From positions 146,940,001 through 147,004,000 of the forward strand of contig OX597818.1 of NCBI GenBank assembly GCA_951406725.2: a stretch of DNA of 64,000 bases, given 5' to 3'. The notes beneath the pieces are model-generated. The model had not been told where the DNA came from. It searched no databases and saw nothing but the letters and a program-made list of their open reading frames with translations. Below, in pieces: positions 11,967 through 23,700 of the stretch (position 1 is the stretch's first letter; every line of letters begins with the position of its first letter). A program made the translations under genes and the position numbers. The stretch comes from Octopus vulgaris. Lineage: Eukaryota.

Positions 11967-14958
11967 CATCATCATTATCATCATCGTTTAACATGCATTT
12001 TCCATGCTGGCATGGGTTGGACAGTTTGACTGGGGACTGGTAAGCCAGGAGCCCACATCAGGCTCTAAATTGATCTGGCAGTGTTTCTACAGCTGATATG
12101 CTCTTCCTAACGCCAACCACTCCAAGAGTGTAGTGGGTGCTTTTTACGTGCCTCCGGCATGGGAGCCAGTCAGATGGCACTGGCATCAGCCACATTCGGA
12201 TGGTGCTTTCATGTGCATCCGGCACAGGAGCCAGTTGGGGTGAGGGGACTGGTATCAACCATGTTCGGATGGTACATTTTATGTGCCATTGGCACAGGGA
12301 GCCAGTCAGGCGGCACTGGCAACAACCCACACATGAATGGTTCTTATTGCATGCCACCAGCATGGGAGCCAGTCAGGCGTCACTGGCATCAGCCACAACT
12401 ACAATTTCTGTGTGATTTGATTTGATTTTGATTTACTTGACTCAGTAGGTCTCCTCAAGTACGACATGTCACCCGATGCTCCAAAGGTACTTTTTTAAGT
12501 GGGCTGGTTATGCAACAATGGTGTAGGCTATGGCTGTGATCTCACTTTACTTTCCAGGTCTTCTCAGTCACAGCATATCTCTAGAGGTTTCAGTCTATCG
12601 TCACTGCCTCTCTGAGGCCCAACGTTTGGAGATACCACCTCATCCCATGTCTTCCTGGGTCTCCCTCTTCCACGGGTTCCTTTCACTGTTAGGGAGTGAT
12701 ACTTCACACAGCTCTCTCCATCCATTTGTAGCACATGACCATACCAGCACTGCCGTCTCTCTTGCACACCAAATCTGATGCTTCTTATGTCCAACTCTTC
12801 TCTCAGAGCTCTTACACTCTGTCATATGTGCACACTGACATTACACATCCAGCAGATCATACTAGCTTCATTTCTTTTGAGCCTACACATGTCTTCAGCA
12901 GTCATGGCCCAAGTTTCACTGCTGAGAAGCATGGCAGTTCACACACAAGCATCGTACATTCTACCTTTCCCTCTGAGTGAGAGGCCTTTTGTCACCAGTA
13001 GAGGTAGGAGCTTTCTGAACTTTACCCAGGCTATTTTTATTCTAGTGGCAACATTCTCTGAGCATCCACCACCACAACAGCTATCAACTACTTCTAGTTT
13101 CTTCCCTAGAATGTGATGGAATCAGTTTTCTGAGCATCTGCAGTGTTTTTTGACCCTGTACATCTGCCGCACACGAAAACTATCTTCCTGGTTAACCTTC
13201 CTTTGATGTTGCTGCACCTTTTATGTGTCCATAGCTTACACTGGGTACATCTTATGGAGTTTCTACAGATGGATGCTCTTCCTAACGCCAACCACTCCGG
13301 GAGTGTTGTGGTGAATTTTACATGCCACCGGCATGGGAGCCAGTCAGGTGGCACTGGCATCGGCCACATTCACATGGAGCTTTTCACATGCATCTGGTAC
13401 AGGAGCCATTCAGGACGAGGGGGCTGGCATCAACAATGTTCAGATGGTGCTTTTTACATGCCATCAGCACAGGGAGCCAGTCAGGCAGCACTGGCAATGA
13501 CCCAGATCAATCAGGGTCATCTATCTGAAGGGGTTTGTGATGTGTTTGCCTTTCTCCTTACTGGGACCTTAGTTTTTGCAAGATTGACTCTAAGGCCTTT
13601 CGATTCTAAGTCTTGCTTCCACACCTGAATTTTCTTCTCTAGTTCTGGTAGTGATTCTGCTATGAGAGCAAGGTCATCAGCATAGAGAAGATCCCAGGGA
13701 GCAATCTGTTTTGTATTCCTCTGTTATTGCCAGGAGGACTGCGATAAATAAGAGGGGGCTGACACCTACTTCTACCCGGAATTCTTCACTAATTGCCAAA
13801 CCTAACCTTACTAATGGCATCCCTGCACAGGGCCTGTACAGCTCTTATTAAGCACTCATCAATCCCCAGTTTCTGCATCGCCCACCAGATAAGGGATCGG
13901 GGGACCCTGTCAAAGGCTTTCTCCAAGTTCACAAAAGCCAAGTGTAGGGGTTTATCTCTGGCTAGGTATTTCTCCTGCAGTTGCCATAGCAGGAATATAG
14001 CATCAGTGTGCTTCTACCTGGCACAAAACCGAACTGCATCTCATCTAAGCAGATTCTCTCCCTAATTAGTTGGGCTATGACCCTGACCGTGACCTTCATC
14101 ACCTGATCCAGCTGTTTGATATCCTTGTAGTTACTTCTAGCTAAAGCATCATCTTTACCTTTGTAACAGTTAACCATAGTGCTGCTATGCTAGTCATTAA
14201 GTATGACTCCTCCGTGAACTGCTTGGCTTACAATACGGGTGACTAGGCCATAACCCACACCACCAGATATTTTAAGCAACTCAGCAGTGATTCCTGATGG
14301 GCTGGGGACTTTTCCTGACTTCATACCCTTAATTGCTTTATCTACCAGGGTGCTGTCTATTTGGATAGCTGGTTCCTCTACTGGGTCAACACTTGGCAGG
14401 CTCTCCTCTTTCCATTCATTCTCCACATTCAGCAGCCTTTCATAATGGTTTCTCCAAGCCTCTTTCTTTGCAGAATCATTAAAAGCAAGTACACCATCAT
14501 CCATGCAGACACATTTTTCTCCTGTAACATCACAATTCTCTCACACACAAAATACTTCAGTTCTTTGGTTCGCACATTTCAGGAACCAATTCCATGGCCC
14601 CTGTGTACACCACTGAAGACAGCAGATTGCCATCTGACATGCCCATTAAAATCTCTAGCCACAAATATGAGATCATTGCCACTCATCTTTGAGGTAGCCT
14701 GTAGAAAGGTATCATAAAAGTGGTCCTTCTGATCGTTTGGTAGTCATGCTTATGGGGCATAGGCAGAGATAATTGTAGCTATACTATTCTGCAAGACTAG
14801 CCTGAGCTTAAGCACTCTATCACATACCCTGACAACCTTTATGACCTTATCCACCCATTTCTCTGCAAGGAGTATGCCTACACCCCCTACTCCATCCCTA
14901 TTACCATGCCAGAGGACCCTGACTGAAGCTCCTCTCCACCTTACCTCTTGTATGCAGC
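11967..14958 (-). mobile_element. RTE-clade LINE, degraded, with repeat-containing 3'UTR and (GAT)n tail
   Basis: Endonuclease remnant at 14700-14958; RT motifs (GITAELLK, QFGFVPGRS, DLLYADDLAL near 13670-13700); Cys-rich CTQCKLWTHKRC; WYGHVL..GRGRPRKTW C-terminus. Confidence 0.92.
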
Positions 14959-15492
14959 ATATGTATATGTGTGTATATATATATTTCTATATAATGTACT
15001 ATATAATGTCAGTCATCATTATCAACATATGAACATCAGACAAAATGCCTAGTAGTATTTCTTCCAGCTCCTTACATTCTGAGTTCAAATATCACAAGAG
15101 TCAACTTAGATTTTCATTCTTTCAAGGTCAATAAAATTCATGTTGAATACTTAGGTTAATGTAATTGACTAGACTCTCCACCAAAGTTTCAGGTGTTTCA
15201 CCTAAAGTAGAGAGAAATAGTATCATAATCATTGTTTTGATGCCTACTTTTCTATGCTTGCATGAGTGAAAAAAATTTGTTCATGCATTTTGCATTTGAT
15301 GCAAAATGTATCAAGAAAATCAAATGCATTGATTTTCTAAAGCTAGATGCTCCTTCTATCACGAAAATTTACCCTAGTTCTTTGAGCATTAACTGCACAA
15401 AGGCTGAACATTTCTCCACAAAAGATTGCAAATGACTGTCGTCACTCATTTACAACTATCATATGATGTCAAGACAAAGCAGCATGAGCAGA

Positions 15493-15531
<39 letters not shown>

Positions 15532-17198
15532 ATATGTGGTCAGTGCATGGCTATAGCAAAAATACTTACACAAAGCATTATGCTGTATAACTGAAATTAG
15601 TATCAACTAATTTCACTCTCAAAGCATTAGTCAGTCTGCCACTATAACAGAAGACACTTGCACAAGGTGCTGGGTATTGGGATGGAACCTGGAACCATAT
15701 GGTTACTAGGTGTATATGTTACCATACAACCATTCCTGTGCCTTATTTATAGACAGACAGACAGACAGACATATAATGATGAAGGTTATTAAGTTTTATA
15801 AGTTCATATGCTACAGGAATATTTGGGATATTGTCCATCAGCTGTGACAGATTTTTTCTTGATGATTTCTTTTTCTCTTTTTTATTTCTCTTTCAAGGCC
15901 AACATTCATCTTGACAGTCTTGAAATGTCAGATTCCTCCTCTTATCCACAGAATATAAACTTAACCAAACTCATAAATGTCACTGCATAATTTTTGTCGA
16001 TGCAGATCACCAACAGTCATTGGTCAAAAGTCTGAATACAAAGTTGAAATTCAATATTTTTCTGAATATGTTTTGATATAAAGATAAGCACTAACTATTT
16101 ACTAGGTATTTATAATGAAGTTAATTAATATAATCTTTTATGGTATATGAATGATGAAATATTTAGTAATTTCATCTAATGTTTGGCATTTGAGATACTG
16201 TAATGGACATTGATATATAGTAAATATATGGAATTATCAGCTGATAAAAGAGCACACATTATGCGGCGATTGATTCATCTTCAGGAATCATCTGAATGCA
16301 TATGTTGTTATTGTCCAGAAAGCTTTATTCTGATTTTGTTAGATGTGATTTTGCTAGGAGATAACAAAGAATTGAGATATCTGACCCTGGCTGTGTTCAA
16401 GAAGACCCATCTGTCACAGCAGAATTGATACCAGTGCTGGTGCTTCATAAAAAAGCATTTGTGATGATGCCACATTAAAAGCACAGGTGTTGGTGCCACA
16501 TAAAAAAGCACCCAATGCACTCTGTAAAGTGGTTGACATTATGAAGGGCATTCAACCATAGAAACCATACCAGAATAGACAATGGAACCTGAAGCAGCCC
16601 CTGGCCTTGGCCTTACCATCTCCAGTCAAACTGTCCAACCCATGCCAACATGGAAAGTGGACATTAAATGATGATGATGATGTGGGTACATGTAAGTGTA
16701 TTCTACATGTATGTCTGTATGTATTACGTATGTATGTATGTAATGTATCTATATATGCATGCATGTATGTATGTGTTTTTGTTGATGATTATAGTTGAGT
16801 TGAAAAAGACCTTGTATCATGACTTCATACTGTTCATATGATTCGTCCTTATGTTTGTTGCACCCCCTTTTTTCCATTTTGTTTTGCCATAGAAATACAA
16901 CCTGCCAGCAACAGTAAAATTTACTTTGTAACCTGGAAACGTCTCGTACATATTAAATTTCATCTTTGCTTTCAAATGTTTTAACAAAGCTGTGTGTGTC
17001 TGGGAAACCAGTTATCTTAGTTGGCAGGTGATCAGGTACAACTACCAATAATTCTGGGCCTAAAACACACTCCACTCATTATTATAATACACAATTTCTC
17101 ATCACCTACCAAACTCAAATACATATAATATATATAGATAGATAGATAGATAGATAGATATAGATCGATAGATAGATATAGATCGATAGATAGATAGG

Positions 17199-17233
<35 letters not shown>

Positions 17234-17699
17234 AAATATATATAGATAGATAGATTGATAGATATAAATATATATAGACAGATAGATAGATAGTTATAGA
17301 TAGATAGATTGATAGATATAGATATATAAAACATTGCCAAATGTCTATAACCTGGCTAAAATTACATCCTAGAAATTTGTAATCTTACTCTTCATGGCCA
17401 GAAAATAGATGACATATTTGGCTTTAATTACTTGCTCACTCTCCACAAATACTTTCTTAAAATATAATCAACATTGAAGTACTGCACCATAAAAAAATAT
17501 TTGAAAAATGATAATAATAATTGGTCTTAACTTAAGCATAAGCCCAGTAATTTGTGTGGGTGGGCAAGATATTAATTAATTACATTGACCTTTTCTCCAC
17601 TCCCATGAACCCCCAGTAACTGATGGCAGCAGCTGCAATGACAGCCAAATCATCATCATCATTATCAGTGCTTCACCATGCTGAAGAACATATATCTTT

Positions 17700-18320
<621 letters not shown>

Positions 18321-18449
18321 GCACCTCTATACAATATAAACCTGGCATGGTCAACCTTTTTCAGGAAGCAGACTGAAAGAAATATACTTTATCATCAGGC
18401 AAAGCCACACAACTAAAAAATTTTCAAGGCAATTTTTTTTCGTTTAGGT

Positions 18450-18516
18450 ATGGCATTCAGAGAGTGCTGTGAACCACAGGTTGTCCATGACTTATATAAA
18501 CCCCACTTATCCTCAG
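18450..18516 (+). CDS. Candidate alternative first coding exon of PKA-RII (MAFRECCEPQVVHDLYKPHLSS)
   Basis: Polypyrimidine acceptor ttttttttcgtttag| at 18447, ATG at 18450 and donor CAG|gtaaat at 18516/17 in phase 1, matching the phase-1 acceptor at 20670. It lies in unique sequence between two SINEs. No homology support. Confidence 0.35.
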
Positions 18517-18720
18517 GTAAATATTTACAAATTGTAAATACACAGACATTTGAAATTATTATCAATTTATGTTACTTCGAGATGCAAACTCACTGCATGA
18601 ATCTTCTTTATTTTGATCAGAGTTGGTTGTTGACCCCAACTGACTAAGCAAATGCATTAGAAAACATATTGCAGGGTATTTAGAATAGCTTAAATTCTAT
18701 GGTACGCATGGCACAATACT

Positions 18721-19109
18721 CTTTACTCTTTCTCTTTTACTTGTCTCAGTCATTTGACTGTGGCCATGCTGGAGCACTACTTTAGTCAAGCAAATCGACC
18801 CCAGGACTTATTCTTTGTAAGCCTAGTACTTATTCTATCGGTCTCTTTTGCTGAACCGCTAAGTTACGGGGACATAAACACACCAGTATCAGTTGTCAAG
18901 CGATGCTGGAGGGACAAACACACACACACAGACGCACACACACACACATATACGACAGGCTTCTTTCAGTTTCCGTCTACCAAATCCACTCACAAGGCTT
19001 TGGTTGGCCCAAGGCTATAGTAGAAGACACTTGCCCAAGGTGCCATGCAGTGGGACTGAACCCAGAACCATGTGGTTCGTAAGCAAGCTACTTACCACAC
19101 AGCCACTCC
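18721..19109 (-). mobile_element. tRNA-derived SINE family A (internal CA/TA microsatellite), full length
   Basis: Minus strand starts GGAGTGGCTGTGTGGTAAG (A box)...GGTTCAGTCCC (B box) and ends CAAGTAAAAGAG. Confidence 0.9.
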
Positions 19110-19619
19110 TATGCCTATGATTTTATTTTTATTTTTGATCATTTAGGGGAAATAAATGTGCTCATAGTTGCTATAAGCTCTCAAAGATGAGTGAGAACAG
19201 TACAGTTAGTATTCCTCTTGGTCAGTTCAAGGAAGGAATTCTAGAGGGTCAAATTACAAGATGGAAGCACTAAGCAGTGATGTGTCTAAATACAAAGTTA
19301 TCACCAGTTCAAATATGTTTGAGGCATAGTTGAACCTACCAGAAAGCCATTCACTGTGTTTTGTCATGAAGATAATTTCTCCCTGTAGACAAATGGTGTA
19401 AATACACCAAAATCAAGCCACAGCACCATCTACTTGAACTGAGATGCAAGCATTTTGGAGTGGTTATCTCCTCTTCAGTCACATAAACCAGCCAGGGTGT
19501 GCCACAAGCTAAGAGAGATTGTCTCTCTTATCAGCTAACAACTTTGTATCTAGAGGATCAACATTCCGAAAAGGAAGAAATAGGCATAGTATTAGTGTGA
19601 ATGTGGAGGGGAGATACAC

Positions 19620-19836
19620 TTAACCCTTTTGTTACCAACCCAGCTGAAACCAGCTCTGGCTCTGAGTACAAATGTCTTGTTTTCATAAGTGTTGAATTAA
19701 AATCTTCCATCAAACCTTAGTCACAATTTATGTTCTTAATACTAGCTAAGTTATTTTACTAAATTCTTTGTTATATTTAAAGTAATTGAAAGAAACACAG
19801 AGTATCTCAAAATAAATACAGTAATGAAAGGTTTGA
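19620..19836. mobile_element. piggyBac-type MITE
   Basis: TTAA-CCCTTTTGTTAC ... GTAATGAAAGGT-TTGA termini; related decayed copies near 21865-22090 and 57722. Confidence 0.65.
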
Positions 19837-20669
19837 TATGGGTGGTGATAAGAGGAGTGACCAGTGAGTTGGATGTACCTGGGTGGAGATGGCAAAAGGC
19901 CAGCAAACACATATTACCTGGCTTCCTTGCCTTTTGCATCAACTAACCATTTAAAATAGTGGGGTAGTGATTTGAAGGGGATTTGGTTATAATATTTGGC
20001 TGCCAAATCTCCTTCAAATCATTAATGGTTTCAATGACAAGCCTTGAATAGAACTTGTAAGGGCCATGGGCACAATTTCTTCATCTAGACCACGCAAATA
20101 AAAAAAAAACATGTCTTCTGTATTAAAAGGAAACATTAGATAATAAGGTCCTAGAACTTTTTTAAAATGTAGGATGGTCATGGCTGGAAAAACTTCGATC
20201 ATAGGTCTACAAAATCAGAGCTAACCTGGGGTTAAACAATAACAACATCAACAACCCTTTCCTGTAATATATTCATCTAATAAATAAATTTATTACATGA
20301 ATTATATTCGCTTAAAGTATTATTGCTGCAAGTGAAAAATGATTTCCATAACAAATGTAATTTAAAATGTAAAATTATTCCATTATTATTTCTTCTTTTT
20401 TATTCTTTTAGTGACTTTTTTCTTTGTTATCTTTCACCCTTCAGATAAATTTCATATGGTGTTAGTTAAGTTTTAAATTATGTACTTGTAGAGGGTTGAA
20501 TAAATTTGTATGACTTCTTCATATTCAACATACAATGAGGATGTAACTAGCAATTTAACTGATACATTTCTTGAAAGAACAAAAAATATTTAATTTTTTC
20601 CTCTCATTTCAGAAAAGTACATAAAAATTTTAACAAGATTTTCTTTCACTTTTTTATTTTATTTTCCAG

Positions 20670-20705
20670 AAACAAGGAAAATGAGTTTCTTACGACGAAA
20701 ATCTG
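20670..20705 (+). CDS. PRKAR2: PKA-RII exon: linker and RRKS inhibitor/autophosphorylation site (36 nt, phase 1-1)
   Basis: ttttccag|AAACAAGGAAAATGAGTTTCTTACGACGAAAATCTG|gtaag; joins 44322 to make RRKS-V-CAEAY. Confidence 0.88.
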
Positions 20706-23700
20706 GTAAGAATCACAATTTTTTGTTAAATATTTTAGATTTTTAAATAATTCATCTGTTTTATTTATGTATTCTTAGTATTTTTTTGATTTTAACATTG
20801 AAGTAAAAAAGAACTGGTGCAGTTTTATTTTTGTTATTACTTCTTGTTTTGTTTTTTTAAAATTTCTTTTCCTTCTAAGCACTCACTCTGCTGATCACAT
20901 GTATTTAGCTTTTCCCGTATGACCAACCTCAGGTAGGTTCCATACACTTGTAAGTTAGATTAGAGGCAAATCCAGCAGGGTTAAGTCTTATGTCTATTTG
21001 TTGCAATTATCTGCTTGTGACAGATCACTCACAACCAGAACTATCAACTTTAAAGGTTGTTTCTAATTCTTTTTCTACCTTATTCCAACTACCATTTCCT
21101 CATTGCAAGATTGAAATTCTGTACGCATGTGTACATCACACTGTTGAATAACAGCCAGCACTTCAAAGAAAATCTTATCACAAATCTATTCTTCTGCTCC
21201 TGAAATTGTTCAAGATGCTATACAAAATATGCCATTGATTCAATTTTCTTGTAAGTCAGTCACAACCAGAGCTAACCCCAAGTCCTCAAAACACTACTTA
21301 TCCCATGTGGCAAGAAGCTTGCTTCCCATCCCAACCACATAAATTTTTTTTTATCAAAACTTTTGTGCATATGTGGGTATGTTGTTTCTGAAGAAATTAA
21401 CTCAGTTTACCTGTAAATTTAATAATATTGGGTTGTCTGGAAAGTTCGTGCTGATTTTTAAAGGAAAGAAAAAGGTCAATAAATACTTTCCATTACATTT
21501 TTAATCAACCAAATGTGAACCATTTTGTTGCACAATGCATCTCCAGCTTTTCTTTAACTTGAAAATACCCTCTTCCCAGAATTGAGGTGGTTTCATGGCA
21601 AAGAATTCATCAAGGTATCTTTTTATATCATCCAAGGAACTGAAATTTTTACCATTAAGAATATTCTGCAGAGACCAGAATAAGTGGAAATCTGAAGGAG
21701 CAATATCTGGGGAATATTGAGGGTGGGGTAACACATCCCAGCCAAGCTGAAGCAATTTTTGTCTGGTTCCCAAAGCATCAAGTGCCGAAAACGAACTTTC
21801 TTATCTTCCATTTTATGTGGCAGCCCATAAAGTATGGAAAGGTAAACATTGTTGAATAATGTTTAGTCCTTTTGTTACTATATTTCTTTAGAAATACACT
21901 GCTTTTTATTTTTTTCAGTTAATTTAAAAAATAATAAGGTATTTAGTAAAATATCTGTCATTAAGCTGGTTTGAAATTTAATTTAACATGAAATTTTGAT
22001 GGGAGTTTTTAATTTAGATAATTTAAAACAGGAAGTTTGTATCATGGAACCTATCATGAAACCAGGGCAATTTTGTGTGAAACAGTTAAATGAACCAAAC
22101 AAATACAAGGGAGACACCTGAAAATTAGTTGATGCACCCTACTATCATCATCATCATCATCATCACTACTTTCGCTTTTCCATACTGGTATGAGTTAGGA
22201 CTTTTTTGAGGCATTGTTTTATGTGTAGATGCTCATACCATCACTTTTGATCATCTCTTCTGACACAGAGATATGATACCTATTCTAATGGCCTGAAATA
22301 CATGCAATTAACCATTGAAATAGCCAGTGTGGAGATTGATGCATGTGAGAGATTCAGCATGTCCCTTTTTTAGAATGTTAACCTGCAGGGTTAAGGATCA
22401 GTAGATTACACTGTATCCTTAAACAAGAGAAATCTTAAGTTTCAAGGGCCTGGGTCAGTCCAACTATACATAGATAATATTTGAAGAGTAACTGAAGATA
22501 GCAGGTCATCACTGAAAGTAGCAGGAAAAGGAGAAATTGGGTCCAACAGTAGTTTGCAATATGTTGAGCTTAGATTAAATTCGCCAGTCTACTACTAGAT
22601 TAATGATGTTTATTAGTTTTTGTAGTGTAGTGTCTATTAAAGAAAACACCACCAAAGGAAAACTGAAATTTTAATGAGTTCTACTCAGAGTTTTTGAAAT
22701 AATCTATAAATTATCGAAGCAGTATAACTTGAGAGATATAATATGGATGGAAGTTGGATGTTGGTACTTTTGAAACTCCAAAAAAAATTAGAATGAACTC
22801 TTTGATAGATGGAGAGTGGGGGTATAGATGTCAGTTCTTGGTAGATGGTCAGTGGTGGAAGTGGTGGTGGTGTGGGAAAGGCCTCTCAGTAGATGGGTGA
22901 TGGTGAAAATGTTAGCTCTTGAGAGGTGTTGGGTGATGCAGATGGCTGGGGGAGTGATGTTGAGGATATGAACTTTCAGTAAAGGGTCAATGATGGTGAC
23001 AGTGGTGAGCTCTCTGTAGATGTTGAGTGGTGTTAGCCGCGAAGATATGAGCCCTTCGTATATGGTCAGTGGGGTGGATACGATCTTTTGATAGATGGTT
23101 GGTGTTTTTGATCTCAATATACAACCAGTGGTCATGGAGTAATGTCATTGAGACATAACCAGTGAATTATGAATTATAAAATACATAATTAATAACTGTG
23201 GCTAGCAATGAAATTTTAGCAGACATATAATCACTGTGCACTGGTAGTGGAGGTACTAGTATTTCTGTAAAGACCTAATCATTGGTTGCAGGTTATTGTA
23301 TTCATAGTGAGGATTTTTTAATAAAATTACTAAAAGCAGTGATGGTGGTAGTGGTGGTGAGGGTGGTGGTGAGGGTTGTGGTGAGGGTTGTGGTGAGGGT
23401 GGTGGTGAGGGTGGTGGTGAGGGTGGTGGTGAGGGTTGTGGTGAGGGTTGTGGTGAGGGTGGTGGTGAGGGTTGTGGTGAGGGTTGTGGTGAGGGTTGTG
23501 GTGAGGGTTGTGGTGAGGGTGGTGGTGAGGGTGGTGGTGAGGGTTGTGGTGGGTGACGATATCTTAGAAGTAACATAATTGGAAATTCTCTATAGAAATA
23601 TAAACTATGCGTTTATATTCTATTGGGAACATAATTAATAGTGGAAGTTTCATCTTACTTTTTTTGTTAATATTAACACAGTTATGAAAAGAATGAAAAA

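Noticed and set aside
12135-12400. Regularly spaced repeats resembling a CRISPR array (also 55538-55822 and 58940-59625)
   Set aside because: Eukaryotic context, spacers are homologous to one another, and there are no cas genes; these are LINE UTR repeats or minisatellites.
16900-16945. GAAACGTC preceded by a hairpin (hammerhead-like 3' half)
   Set aside because: No recognisable CUGANGA-type box or helix I.
20909-20932. Possible 24-nt microexon (tttag|...CAG|gtaggt) after the RRKS exon
   Set aside because: It contains an in-frame TGA, has a weak polypyrimidine tract, and has no other support.
23256-23578. Extensin-like [11 protein letters not shown] and VVRVV ORF
   Set aside because: Both are products of a 12-bp minisatellite, with no supporting splice context or unique domain.
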